From contig JAHFNC010000002.1 in the NCBI GenBank assembly GCA_023267535.1, positions 55,426-119,425 of the forward strand: a stretch of 64,000 bases of DNA. The letters run 5' to 3'. Of the stretch, positions 9,997-19,678 are shown piece by piece. Under the pieces are notes generated by a model. It searched no databases, was not told the origin of the DNA, and saw only the letters and a list, made by a program, of their open reading frames with translations. This DNA comes from a bacterium. Lineage in GTDB: Bacteria > Patescibacteriota > Minisyncoccia > Phycocordibacterales > UBA5272. A program made the translations under genes and the position numbers. Position 1 is the first letter of the stretch, and each line of letters starts with the position of its first letter.

Positions 9997-11298
9997 ATGT
10001 TCAAGAATATTTTAATGGGAGCTGGAGTCGGTGCAGCACTCTTCGCAATTTTGATTTTTTCTGGGAAAATTCCAATTGGAAGTAGTTCCGGACCTAAGTT
10101 AACGGGAACCGTAGCTATTTGGGGAACAATTCCCGAAGCGTATATGGACGGAATGCTTCAGCAATATAATATTCAAGCTAAAACTTACACTGTTAGTTAC
10201 AAAGAAATAAAAGAAGATGTTTTTGTTCCGAAATTAATTGATGCATTGGCTAATGGTACGGGACCAGACATGATAATTGCACCATATCAAATAATTCTTT
10301 CGCAATTGTCTAAGATTTATCCATTTCCAGCTACCAGTCTTCCAGAAACAACTTTTAAAACTAATCTGGTAGATGCAGCTTCTGTATTTTGGACTCCTTA
10401 TGGAGCAATCGCTTTGCCAATATCAGTAGAACCAATGGTTTTGTTCTACAATCGTAGTATTTTATCTAAAGACGGTATAGTAAATCCGCCAGCTTATTGG
10501 AATGAGGTTTCAGACATGGCTCCAGCTGTAAATCAGGGTGGAAATGGAGGAACATTTAATGAAAGCACTATAGCCTTAGGCACAGTAAATAATGTTCCTT
10601 ACGCTAAAGATATTTTGATGACTATGGTTAAACAATTAAGACAGACACCAGTTGTTCAAAATTTTACGACAAACGGAGTAAATTATTCTATTTCAGCAAA
10701 TGACAAAATAAATAATTCTTCTGATGTTTTACCGTTATCAGCTTCTATAAGATTCTTTACACAATTTTCTGACCCAACAAAAAATACCTTCTCGTGGAAT
10801 TCTTTCGCTCCTAACGCCGTTGATCAATTCATTGCTGAGAAACTTGCTTTATATATTGGATATTCTGGAGATGAAAGAACAATTAGAGAACAAAATCAAA
10901 AATTAGATTTAGGAGTGACTTATTTACCTCAAGCCAAGGGATACAATTCTTTCGCTACTGGAGTTCGCATGTATGGTATTACTACACTTAGACAAACTAA
11001 AAATTCGCAAGTGGCATTAACTGTAGAAGCGGACTTTGCTGGATCAGTATGGGGACCACAACTAGCAGCTGCCTTAGGCGGAGTTCCAGCTCTAAAAAAT
11101 CTTTTAAGTGATCCTAATCTTTCAATTGTTCTTGCTAAAAGCACTCTTGGGGCTTCTGCTTGGTATGATATTGCACCAGATGCCACTTATTCCTTATTTT
11201 TAAACACTATAAACGATATTGTTACGGGTAGACAGAATGTTACTGACGGAACTGATATAATGGTTGCAAGAATGTCTGATTTATATAATCCGAAATAA
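9997..11298 (+). CDS. Extracellular solute-binding protein (sugar ABC family 1-like)
   Basis: N-terminal anchor, GPDMII, ALP.SVEPMVLFYNR..L, PPAYWNE pattern. Confidence 0.8.
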   Translation: MFKNILMGAGVGAALFAILIFSGKIPIGSSSGPKLTGTVAIWGTIPEAYMDGMLQQYNIQAKTYTVSYKEIKEDVFVPKLIDALANGTGPDMIIAPYQIILSQLSKIYPFPATSLPETTFKTNLVDAASVFWTPYGAIALPISVEPMVLFYNRSILSKDGIVNPPAYWNEVSDMAPAVNQGGNGGTFNESTIALGTVNNVPYAKDILMTMVKQLRQTPVVQNFTTNGVNYSISANDKINNSSDVLPLSASIRFFTQFSDPTKNTFSWNSFAPNAVDQFIAEKLALYIGYSGDERTIREQNQKLDLGVTYLPQAKGYNSFATGVRMYGITTLRQTKNSQVALTVEADFAGSVWGPQLAAALGGVPALKNLLSDPNLSIVLAKSTLGASAWYDIAPDATYSLFLNTINDIVTGRQNVTDGTDIMVARMSDLYNPK

Positions 11299-12074
11299 TG
11301 AAAAAGATTTTATTAACAATACTACCGCTATCCTTACTTTCTTCTGTTTACGCTGCTGGACTTGTTGTTTGTGGTGAACTCTCTGAATGTACAATCGCTG
11401 ATTTTTGGAAACAATTTCAATCTATGGGAAGTTGGGTTATACAAATCGCAATTATTTTTATAATTGTGATTATTGTTTACGCAGCGGTGAAAATGATACT
11501 GGCACGAGATAAAGTTGGGGAATTAAACGAAGCTAAAAAGCATTTATGGAATGTAGCTATTGGTATCGCTATTATTGTGGCAATTACTGTAGGAGGGTAT
11601 GTAGCTATTTTGAAAACTCTTGGAGTAAATGATACTTTCCTTCATATTTTTAATGGAAGCACAAGATCATCAATGAATTTAAATTTCTTTGAACGAGCTT
11701 ATGCTGATAATTGGGCTCAGACTGCGCCGTATTTAGGATTTGCGACAGCAAGTCCCGCACAAACGCAATTATATAACTCTATACAACAAAGCGCTGGAAA
11801 TAACGACACCTTACCTAACCCACTTTCGGTAAACACCATCACTGGATTTCTTATCTTGGTGGTGAGATTGGTTATCAGATGGTTTGTTTTCCCGGTTATT
11901 ATTTTTGCATGGTTCTTTACTGGGTTTAAGTTTGTGGCAGCTCAGGGAAATCCTACCAAATTAAATGAAGCTAGAAGTTATTTATGGTGGACGCTAATCG
12001 GAACTGTTATAATACTTCTAGCACAAGGGTTTGCCTATGCGCTTCGCGATACTATTAATCAAATATTTTCTTAA
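11298..12074 (+). CDS. TrbC/VirB2-like (CPR-type) pilin with two pilin domains
   Basis: Two TM-hairpin units: EAKKHLWNVAIGIAII and GFKFVAAQGNPTKLNEARSYLWWTLIG. Confidence 0.75.
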   Translation: MKKILLTILPLSLLSSVYAAGLVVCGELSECTIADFWKQFQSMGSWVIQIAIIFIIVIIVYAAVKMILARDKVGELNEAKKHLWNVAIGIAIIVAITVGGYVAILKTLGVNDTFLHIFNGSTRSSMNLNFFERAYADNWAQTAPYLGFATASPAQTQLYNSIQQSAGNNDTLPNPLSVNTITGFLILVVRLVIRWFVFPVIIFAWFFTGFKFVAAQGNPTKLNEARSYLWWTLIGTVIILLAQGFAYALRDTINQIFS

Positions 12075-12084
12075 TTAATTATTT

Positions 12085-13323
12085 ATGAGTAAAAAATTTC
12101 TTATAATCGTTTCAGTTTTATCTCTTCCAACATTTGTGTACGCTCAGTCATCAGGATCAATAAACTTTTCAGGTCTTGGAAGTCTCATAAATAGTTTTAC
12201 GACTAATGTGGTTCAGTCGACCGCTTATCTATTTTTAACAACAGCACTGGTTGTCTTTTTTTACGGAGTTATACAGTTTATTTTTAATGCTAGAGAGGGA
12301 AAAGATGTAGATAATGGAAAGAAATTTATGCTTTGGGGATTAATTGCTCTTTTTGTTATGTTTTCTGTTTGGGGAATAGTTAAATTTGCTCAGGGAGTGT
12401 TAGGTATTCAAGGAATATCTACAATTAACGTCCCACAAGTTATATTCGGAAATGGTGGTGGAAGTAATAATAGTGGATTGCCAACTGGATTTAATGGAGG
12501 TAACAATAGTGGAGGAAATATTATTAATACTGGAGGTACTGTTAGTCCTGCTGCTCAAGCAGCTGCCGCTCAAACTTATAACAATTGTATGGCTGCCGGC
12601 GGAGGTAATTCTTGTACCACAGCTTATAATAATGCGATGAATTCTGGAGGCGGAACGACCACAAATGTTCCTCTCGGTGGAACATGTGCTTATACTGGTA
12701 ATTGTGCCGGAACACTTATCTGTACCAACGGCAGATGTACAAATTCAGGTAATTCTGGAAACGGTAATGTTACTACTGGCGGTGTATGTAATTACACAGG
12801 TGATTGTGTGGGTACAGATATTTGTACTAATAACAGATGCGTAAGTTCGGGCAATTCTGGAAATGGTAATGTTACTACTGGTGGTGTATGTAATTACACA
12901 GGTGATTGTGTGGGTACAGATGTTTGTACTAATAACAGATGTGTCAGTTCAGGTAATTCTGGAAACATGAGCACACCTTTAGGTGGTGTATGTAATTACA
13001 ATGGCGATTGCGCGGGGACACTTGTTTGTGTCGCAAGCAGGTGTGCTGAATCTAGTAATTCCAGCTCTGGTGCTTGCAGTCAAGATAGAACAGGAAATGC
13101 TTGTAAAACAGCAACTGGTAACGACGGAACATGTCAGTCAACTCCAGATGGATCGGGCGTAGAATGTGTGGTGGCTGGTTCATCTAGTGGTAATGCTAAT
13201 TCAAATACTACCGGTATTGGTGAAGGTGGTAGTTGTACAGAGAATCCTTCAGCTTGTCAACGTGGACTTGAGTGTGTTGATGATGGACAAGGTGGTATGG
13301 TCTGTGCTCCACCTCAATTATAA
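12085..13323 (+). CDS. VirB2-like pilin fused to a Gly/Cys-rich repeat tail
   Basis: GKKFMLWGLIALFVMFSVWGIV pilin motif followed by four CX5CX5CX4C units and further Cys clusters. Confidence 0.8.
   Translation: MSKKFLIIVSVLSLPTFVYAQSSGSINFSGLGSLINSFTTNVVQSTAYLFLTTALVVFFYGVIQFIFNAREGKDVDNGKKFMLWGLIALFVMFSVWGIVKFAQGVLGIQGISTINVPQVIFGNGGGSNNSGLPTGFNGGNNSGGNIINTGGTVSPAAQAAAAQTYNNCMAAGGGNSCTTAYNNAMNSGGGTTTNVPLGGTCAYTGNCAGTLICTNGRCTNSGNSGNGNVTTGGVCNYTGDCVGTDICTNNRCVSSGNSGNGNVTTGGVCNYTGDCVGTDVCTNNRCVSSGNSGNMSTPLGGVCNYNGDCAGTLVCVASRCAESSNSSSGACSQDRTGNACKTATGNDGTCQSTPDGSGVECVVAGSSSGNANSNTTGIGEGGSCTENPSACQRGLECVDDGQGGMVCAPPQL
12670..13050 (+). repeat. 102-bp (34-aa) Cys-rich tandem repeats
   Basis: Near-identical units begin at 12763 and 12865, with more diverged copies on either side. 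Confidence 0.85.
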
Positions 13324-13409
13324 ATAGAAAACAGGTTGTTAACTTCTACCTTGCCTTTTAATCCATTAATACTTATACTTAAATAAACAATTTATAAAAT
13401 AAAATTATT

Positions 13410-13838
13410 ATGAAAAAAACATTTTTGGCGTTGGGTTTATTAGCTACTTCGTTTGCGGTCACATTTGCACAATTTTCTATAAGCGTTGGTAATGGAGGAG
13501 GAAGTGTGGTTATAGGAAACGGAGCAAGTCAAAATGTGGGAGGAAACCTTCTTTCACTTTTGGCTACTGCTCAGACTATCGTTAACAGACTTCTTCCTTT
13601 TGGAATTGGACTTGCTGTTGTGGCTCTTGTTTTCGGAATCGCAATGTTCATTATCAAAGGAACAAAGGATGGTGGAGAACACGATAAGTGGCTAAAGTTC
13701 ATTGGAATGTCTTTGGTTGGAATATTCGTTATGGTTTCTATTTGGGGACTTATCGGATTTATGGGTTCAGTTCTAGGAATCGGACAAGGTGGTTCAGTTC
13801 CTGTCCCTTCAATTCCAACTGGTCCTAACGCTGGATAA
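13410..13838 (+). CDS. VirB2-like (CPR-type) pilin
   Basis: Signal peptide plus two TM segments ending GIFVMVSIWGLI. Confidence 0.75.
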   Translation: MKKTFLALGLLATSFAVTFAQFSISVGNGGGSVVIGNGASQNVGGNLLSLLATAQTIVNRLLPFGIGLAVVALVFGIAMFIIKGTKDGGEHDKWLKFIGMSLVGIFVMVSIWGLIGFMGSVLGIGQGGSVPVPSIPTGPNAG

Positions 13839-13862
13839 TAATTTTAAATTTTAAAATCTCTC

Positions 13863-13894
13863 AAAAACAACCTGACTTTAGTCGGGTTGTTTTT
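13863..13894 (+). terminator. Intrinsic terminator
   Basis: aaaaacaacctgac...gtcgggttgttttt. Confidence 0.75.
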
Positions 13895-13948
13895 CCTTTT
13901 ACGTCTATTTTGCTTCTTTTTTTATAATTTTCTTTGTATACTAGTTGC

Positions 13949-14218
13949 ATGGGAACTTCAGTTCTAACGGGGGAAAAAATATATCAGAATTTTATGGGAG
14001 GATTTGTAAATCCTCTTTTACAAATAGGATATGTATTAACTTTTACATATTTTTTATATGGAGTAGCGTATTATCTTTGGCAAATGAATAAAGAAGAAGC
14101 CAGAGAAAAAGCCAGACTACATTTACTTTGGGGAACTATTGGGCTATTTATTATGTTTTCTATAAACGGAATTCTTAAAGTTCTAAATTCTTCAGTTGGT
14201 GGATTTTTCGGATATTAA
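13949..14218 (+). CDS. Small VirB2-like pilin/membrane protein
   Basis: REKARLHLLWGTIGLFIMFSINGI; ATG 13949 lies 6 nt after TATACT. Confidence 0.7.
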   Translation: MGTSVLTGEKIYQNFMGGFVNPLLQIGYVLTFTYFLYGVAYYLWQMNKEEAREKARLHLLWGTIGLFIMFSINGILKVLNSSVGGFFGY

Positions 14219-14226
14219 TTTTAAAA

Positions 14227-14316
14227 AGAAGTAGGAAGTATGAAGCAAGAATAAAGGGTGAATCAGCTTGGCTGGTTCACCCTTCTTGATTCTTTTAATC
14301 CTTTCATCTTGCTTCT
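14227..14316. repeat. Heptamer arrays flanking a 14-bp hairpin (GC-TTG-GC loop)
   Basis: agaagta ggaagta tgaagca agaataa, then aagggtgaatcagc-ttg-gctggttcaccctt, then pyrimidine-rich complementary units. Confidence 0.7.
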
Positions 14317-14321
14317 TTTTT

Positions 14322-14879
14322 ATGATAGAATGACTTTTATATATGTCAAAACTTAAATTAAAGAATATAATATATCCTTTGGTTCTTGTTTTAGTTTTAG
14401 TTTTATCTTTTTTTTATTATAAAAATATAAAATCCTCCGAGTATCAAATTAAATCTTCCGAAAAAGAAAACACAACTCTTCTTGAGGAAATAAAAGCAGT
14501 AAACATATCTCCAAGCAAAGAATCCACAAGTTCCGCTATCAAAGGTCAAGAAGACCCAGCGCAAACAGCAAAAGAAGAACTTTATAGAATAAAAGCTCTT
14601 GTAGGGAGACATATAGCATTGCCTGATGACGAAGAACCAACCTTAGCGACAGTTTCCAATCTAGAAAGACTTCGTGGGCAAGAATTTTTTAAAAGAGCGG
14701 AACTAGGTGACAAGGTTTTACTTTATGTTCCTTCAGGAAAGGCAATTTTATATAGTGTAAGAAAAGACCAAATACTTGAAGTCTCTTCGTTTAGTACAGG
14801 AAAGTAATCCAGCGCATCTTGTATTAAAAGCGGTGGAAAGTATATTTTATAAATGATAGAATGACTTTTATATATGTCA
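14322..14879 (+). repeat. 27-bp exact direct repeat (14322-14348 and 14853-14879) containing a -10 box and start codon
   Basis: atgatagaatgacttttatatatgtca occurs at the start of the 14343 ORF and at the start of glyS. Confidence 0.9.
14343..14807 (+). CDS. Hypothetical membrane-anchored protein
   Basis: N-terminal TM; C-terminal LPDDEEPTLATV...FFKRAELGDKVLLY...KAILY domain. Confidence 0.8.
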   Translation: MSKLKLKNIIYPLVLVLVLVLSFFYYKNIKSSEYQIKSSEKENTTLLEEIKAVNISPSKESTSSAIKGQEDPAQTAKEELYRIKALVGRHIALPDDEEPTLATVSNLERLRGQEFFKRAELGDKVLLYVPSGKAILYSVRKDQILEVSSFSTGK

Positions 14880-16202
14880 GAAACAAATACTAATGGGAAA
14901 GTTGATATGGAAAAAATAGTCTCTCTTTGTAAAAGAAGAGGGTTTATTTTTCCAGGTAGCGAAATATACGGAGGACTTGCTGGAACTTTTGATTATGGTC
15001 CACTTGGAGTGGCTTTAAAGAAAAATATACAGAATAGCTGGTGGAATCATTTTGTTACCAACCGGGATGATATTTATGGCATTGATGCTGATATTTTAAT
15101 GAATCCCAAAGCTTGGGAAGCATCTGGTCACGTCTCTGGATTTTCTGACCCACTTGTGGAATGTCCAAAATGTAAAAAGAGATTTCGTGAAGATACTGTT
15201 GAAGCGGGAACTGATGGTATAAGACGTTGTCCTGATGATAAAGAAGTTCTCGGAGCGTCACGTCAGTTTAATATGATGTTTAAGACTCAAATTGGTGCTA
15301 CCGAAGATCAAAATTCTATTTCCTATCTTCGTCCAGAGACGGCTGGAGGAATGTTTGTTAATTTCAAAAATGTAGTTGATAGTTTCCACCCAAAATTATC
15401 TTTTGGATTAGCTCAAATTGGTAAAGCTTTTAGAAATGAAATTGCCCCAAGAGATTTTATCTTTCGTTTGCGCGAAATGGAGCAAATGGAAATAGAATAT
15501 TTTTGTCATCCATCAAAATGGGAAGAAACTTTTGAACATTTAAGAAAAGAATTTAAAGCGTGGATGATGTCTGTTGGACTACCAGAAAAATCAATTCACG
15601 AAATAGAAATAGGGGATAATGACCGAGCTCATTACAGTAAAAGAACCATTGATTTTGAGTTTGATTTTCCAATTGGGCAAAAGGAATTAGCTGGCCTTGC
15701 ATATCGTACTGATTTTGATTTAAAGCAACACAGTGAATTTAGTAAAACTGATTTATCATATTTTGATGAAGAAACAAAGGAGAGATTTATTCCACACTGC
15801 ATAGAGCCATCAATTGGTGTGGAAAGAACAGTGCTCGCAGTTTTAACTAGCGCATACAGAGAAGAAGAAGTTGAGGGTGAGACACGCACTGTACTTGCTT
15901 TTGTTCCGTCTGTTGCACCAATTCAAATTGCCGTGCTTCCACTTTCTAAAAAAGACGAGCTTTCTGTGCCAGCACAAGAGATTGTTAAAAAATTAAGAAA
16001 AATAGCACGTGTTCAATATGATGAAACTCAGTCAATTGGTAAACGTTACAGAAGGCAAGATGAAATCGGTACTCCATATTGTGTGACCGTTGATTTTGAT
16101 AGTCTAAATGACAAAATGGTAACTGTCAGAGACAGAGACACAATGAAGCAAGAAAGAATTGCTATTGATAAATTAGAAGAGTATTTTAATGGGAAATTTT
16201 AG
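14874..16202 (+). CDS. glyS: Glycine--tRNA ligase (alpha2, eukaryote/archaea-type)
   Basis: LCKRRGFIF.GSEIYGG, YLRPETA, FRNEI.PR.FIFRLRE.EQME, SIGKRYRRQDEIGTPYC. Confidence 0.97.
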   Translation: MSETNTNGKVDMEKIVSLCKRRGFIFPGSEIYGGLAGTFDYGPLGVALKKNIQNSWWNHFVTNRDDIYGIDADILMNPKAWEASGHVSGFSDPLVECPKCKKRFREDTVEAGTDGIRRCPDDKEVLGASRQFNMMFKTQIGATEDQNSISYLRPETAGGMFVNFKNVVDSFHPKLSFGLAQIGKAFRNEIAPRDFIFRLREMEQMEIEYFCHPSKWEETFEHLRKEFKAWMMSVGLPEKSIHEIEIGDNDRAHYSKRTIDFEFDFPIGQKELAGLAYRTDFDLKQHSEFSKTDLSYFDEETKERFIPHCIEPSIGVERTVLAVLTSAYREEEVEGETRTVLAFVPSVAPIQIAVLPLSKKDELSVPAQEIVKKLRKIARVQYDETQSIGKRYRRQDEIGTPYCVTVDFDSLNDKMVTVRDRDTMKQERIAIDKLEEYFNGKF

Positions 16203-16258
16203 ATAAAATAAGCCTATTTGTTGCAAAACATTGCAAAATAGGTTAACATTTGAAAACT

Positions 16259-16420
16259 ATGTCAAAAGTTCAAGATCATCTAATAATAATGAAGAATAAG
16301 GAATCTGGCGAGGTTTATCATACAACCAAGAACAAGAAGCAAATTACTCGCAAGATTGAGCTTAAGAAGTATTCAAAGAAGCTACGTAAGCATGTGATGT
16401 TCAAAGAGAGTAAAAAATAA
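16259..16420 (+). CDS. rpmG: 50S ribosomal protein bL33 (Cys-less form)
   Basis: Manual translation MSKVQDHLIIMKNKESGEVYHTTKNKKQITRKIELKKYSKKLRKHVMFKESKK; below the ORF-track length cutoff. Confidence 0.92.
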   Translation: MSKVQDHLIIMKNKESGEVYHTTKNKKQITRKIELKKYSKKLRKHVMFKESKK

Positions 16421-16545
16421 TTAAAAAGTCAGAAATTGCGAAGCTACTTTGTCACGAGTTCATTTTTGTTAGTCGCCGTAGTCTTCTACGTCTTCTTCCA
16501 AAAATTTCTCGTTTCGTGTATCTTCATCAATTTCTGACTTTTTAA
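16421..16545. repeat. About 125-bp palindromic element, copy 2
   Basis: Perfect 18-bp terminal inverted repeat ttaaaaagtcagaaattg/caatttctgactttttaa; homologous to 9157-9275. Confidence 0.8.
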
Positions 16546-16564
16546 AATTTCTACACCTTAAATA

Positions 16565-16594
16565 TAAAACACACGAAGTTAATCGTGTGTTTTA
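16565..16594. terminator. Bidirectional terminator between rpmG and tRNA-Trp
   Basis: taaaacacacga...tcgtgtgtttta. Confidence 0.7.
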
Positions 16595-16601
16595 GTTTTT
16601 G

Positions 16602-16672
16602 CGGGCCCACGAGGATTCGAACCTCGGTCAACGGTTTTGGAGACCGGCATACTACCACTGTACTATAGGCCC
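16602..16672 (-). tRNA. tRNA-Trp(CCA)
   Basis: GGGCCTA/TGGGCCC acceptor stem, CT-CCA-AA anticodon loop, GGTTCGAATCC T arm; 3' CCA not encoded. Confidence 0.95.
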
Positions 16673-16750
16673 ATGTTTGAGTATTCTATCATACAAAGCA
16701 AACGAGCTGAAGGGTTTAGTGTTTGTACACAAGAACAGGCGTATTTCTCA

Positions 16751-16783
16751 TTCACACGTTCTTCATGTTGGTTGTAATAGAAT
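16751..16783 (+). promoter_or_regulatory. OmpR/PhoB-type direct-repeat box plus -10 (site 1)
   Basis: TTCAC-acgttc-TTCAT-N11-TAGAAT. Confidence 0.7.
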
Positions 16784-16833
16784 CTGGTTATGTTCGTCTA
16801 ACATTAAGGTAGGCTTGAACTTATAATCTAAAT

Positions 16834-17472
16834 ATGAAAAATCTAAAAATTATGAATAAATTAAATATTGCGCTCGGATCTATTGCGTTACTACTTGGTT
16901 TTATAGTAGTTCCAGCTAGTGCGGCACATGGCAACGGGATTATGAAAGGAGTAAGTGGAGCAAGAATGATGACAGGGCAAAAGGCAATGCTAGTTGGAAA
17001 AGTTAGATCCATTAGCGGAAGTAGTTTGGTTGTATCAGGAAAGAGTGGGTCTTACAACGTAAATATATCTAATGCGATTATTTTTAAAGCAAACGTTAAG
17101 GCGTCTATTACAGATATAGCTATTGGTGACACTCTTTACGTGCAAGGAATGCCTGTGGGAAGAAATATAAACGCTACTCGCGTAGAGGATAAAAGTTTAG
17201 TCGCATCTGTAACTAAAATTAATACTAAAACTAATAATGTAACCAATAATGTTCAGGCTTCATCCGTTAACACTAATGACCAAACTATAAATCCAGTTGT
17301 ACCGCAAACAGTTACGCCGACACCTACTCAGACTGTGACCGCTAATCCTGTAACTAATGTAACAGACCCTGTCGCACAAGCTATGATAAGTAATAGGGTA
17401 TTTCGTGGTATGGCTGGTTTATTACAAGCGGCAGGAATACCATTAAATCAACCAATTGTTAGAAGAAGATAA
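16834..17472 (+). CDS. Secreted protein with DUF5666-like OB domain and Thr/Pro-rich tail
   Basis: Signal peptide; GKVRSISGSSLVV...DIAIGDTLYVQG...INATRV. Confidence 0.7.
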   Translation: MKNLKIMNKLNIALGSIALLLGFIVVPASAAHGNGIMKGVSGARMMTGQKAMLVGKVRSISGSSLVVSGKSGSYNVNISNAIIFKANVKASITDIAIGDTLYVQGMPVGRNINATRVEDKSLVASVTKINTKTNNVTNNVQASSVNTNDQTINPVVPQTVTPTPTQTVTANPVTNVTDPVAQAMISNRVFRGMAGLLQAAGIPLNQPIVRRR

Positions 17473-17631
17473 TAAAAAGAAGTTCAAGCTCTCTTGTTAC
17501 CGACAATTTGAGTTATTGACATTTTGTATTAATTTTGTAGTAATATAGATAAACGGGGATTGGGTTCGTTTAGGTTTTTGAGTTTTTAAATAGTTAGTTT
17601 TAATAATTAACATAAATACTAAAATCATTTT

Positions 17632-18315
17632 ATGAGAGTCCTTATTGTCGAAGATGAAGAGTCTTTGGCGGAACTAGTTAAAGACGGATTGGAAAACGAA
17701 GGGTATGCCGTAGACCATATTGCTGATGGCACTTTGGCTGAAAGGAGAATTTTAATTAATCATCAAGATTACGATATTATAATTCTTGATTTAACTCTAC
17801 CAGGTAAAACTGGATTTCAAATTTGCACATCTCTTCGTGAAAGAGGAATCTCTACTCCAGTACTCGCCCTCACTGCCAGAAGTGACATTACCGATAAGGT
17901 TGCCATGCTTGATTGTGGAGCCGATGATTATTTGGTTAAGCCCTTTATGTTTAAAGAACTCTTAGCAAGAATAAGAGCGCTTACCAGAAGACCGAAAAAA
18001 ACTCTACCGGTGACACTTAAAATTGGTGGTTTAGAATTGGATAGTTCAAAAATGAAAGCAAGTTACGGAAAGAAAGAATTGAAATTAACTTTAAAAGAAT
18101 TTAGAGTCTTGGAAATTCTTATGAGAAACCCAGATGTTGCTGTAAATCGTGAAGATATATTAAGTAAAGTCTGGGACTTTGAGTTTAATTCTTTTTCTAA
18201 TATTTTAGATGTTCATATAAAAAACTTAAGAAAGAAAATTGGGGCAAAAGGAGAAAAACTGATTGAAACTGTTCGTGGTATAGGATATGTGCTAAGAAGC
18301 AAAGAGGCTGTTTAA
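17632..18315 (+). CDS. OmpR/PhoB-family response regulator
   Basis: ILDLTLPG receiver, GADDYLVKPF, winged helix ETVRGIGY. Confidence 0.95.
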   Translation: MRVLIVEDEESLAELVKDGLENEGYAVDHIADGTLAERRILINHQDYDIIILDLTLPGKTGFQICTSLRERGISTPVLALTARSDITDKVAMLDCGADDYLVKPFMFKELLARIRALTRRPKKTLPVTLKIGGLELDSSKMKASYGKKELKLTLKEFRVLEILMRNPDVAVNREDILSKVWDFEFNSFSNILDVHIKNLRKKIGAKGEKLIETVRGIGYVLRSKEAV

Positions 18316-19464
18316 TTATTCTTTATGTTTTTTCATTCCTTCTAATGGCACGCTTACATAAAATGTTGTGCCTTTGTTTAATTTTGATTCAAACCAAACA
18401 TCACCACCAGCTTCTTCGATAGATTTTTTAACCAAATAAAGTCCAAGTCCAGAGCTTTTTACTTTTTTATCAACGATATCAGGGGCTCTATAAAACTTGG
18501 TAAAAATTTTCGGATGTTCCTCTTCAGGAATTCCACCACCAGTGTCTTCCACACTTACAATAATATCTTTTTTTGTTGGTTCAATTTTTACAATTATACA
18601 ACCTCCTTCGTCGGTGTATTTCACGGAATTGGAAAGAAGATTTTCTAAAATTAGATACATTATGTTTTTATCAATATTAATTAGCGGAATATTTTTTCCG
18701 TAAGCCTTTTTAAGGTTTATTTTTTTACTCTTAATAAGAGGAAGAATTTTATCTATAACGCTGTCAGTAAATTTTTTGATATCAGTTTTTTCCGGATTCA
18801 AATGAAACTTTCCAAGTTCAATACGCGAAACATTAAGAAAGAGTTCAATCATATCGGCCATACCTTTTATTTCTTGGGAAATAATTTTTAAATATTTTTT
18901 TTGTTCAGGTAAAGCTTTGACAGCAACACCAGATAAAAGCATCTCAGCAGACAAACCGATACTTGCCAGTGGCGTTCTCATTTGATGAGAAACGAAAGAA
19001 ATGAATTCGTTTTTTACTTTATCCATTTCTCTTTCTTCTGTAATGTCTCTTTCTACACCGACGAAAAATAATATATCATGATTTTCATCTAAAACAGGAG
19101 AAATGGAAACGTGAGCATGATACACTTCGCCATTTTTTCTAACATTTACAACTTCTCCGACGTAACTTCTTTTTTCTATTTTTATAACTTTCCAAAGTTC
19201 TATATAAAATTCCGGAGTCATTTTTTTACCCCACAGAACTCCTGCTTTTCTATTTAAAACTTCTTCAATCTTATATCCCGTACTTCTTTCAACTGCTTTG
19301 TTGGCATAAATCACAATCCCATCCTGATCTGTGATGACTATGTGGTCAGAGGAGTTTTCCACCGCGAGTTTAAATTTTGTGAGCTCCTTATTTAAGTGCT
19401 CCAAATTCGCCATAAATTCTTCAGAATCTGAGGTCTCTTTTATTTTTTTTACTTTAGCAATCAT
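18316..19464 (-). CDS. Cytoplasmic PAS-HisKA-HATPase sensor histidine kinase
   Basis: PAS (IVITDQDG..IYAN...GY), SHQMRTPL H-box, NLLSNSVKY, DTGGGI, GLGL; no TM segment. Confidence 0.93.
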   Translation of the reverse strand: MIAKVKKIKETSDSEEFMANLEHLNKELTKFKLAVENSSDHIVITDQDGIVIYANKAVERSTGYKIEEVLNRKAGVLWGKKMTPEFYIELWKVIKIEKRSYVGEVVNVRKNGEVYHAHVSISPVLDENHDILFFVGVERDITEEREMDKVKNEFISFVSHQMRTPLASIGLSAEMLLSGVAVKALPEQKKYLKIISQEIKGMADMIELFLNVSRIELGKFHLNPEKTDIKKFTDSVIDKILPLIKSKKINLKKAYGKNIPLINIDKNIMYLILENLLSNSVKYTDEGGCIIVKIEPTKKDIIVSVEDTGGGIPEEEHPKIFTKFYRAPDIVDKKVKSSGLGLYLVKKSIEEAGGDVWFESKLNKGTTFYVSVPLEGMKKHKE

Positions 19465-19578
19465 AAGTGAGATTTTTATTATTAAAAATTAAAAACATAA
19501 CCCTTTTATCTATTCTTTCCAACAATGACTAATAGTATATATATGACACAAAATTATACAAAAGACAACTGTCTGGTC

Positions 19579-19614
19579 TTCATGCCAACTTCATGTGGTT
19601 AGTGCCAATATAAT
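19579..19614 (+). promoter_or_regulatory. OmpR/PhoB-type direct-repeat box plus -10 (site 2)
   Basis: TTCAT-gccaac-TTCAT-N11-CAATAT, overlapping a TATAAT. Confidence 0.65.
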
Positions 19615-19678
19615 GTCATAGACACTCAAAAGACCAATGCTTAAGTAAACACATTAACAAGACTAATTAATTAAAAAT

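Noticed and set aside
16602-16672. Alternative genetic code (TGA reassigned, as in Gracilibacteria/SR1)
   Set aside because: Long conserved genes translate fully under code 11 with no in-frame TGA, and tRNA-Trp has a CCA anticodon.
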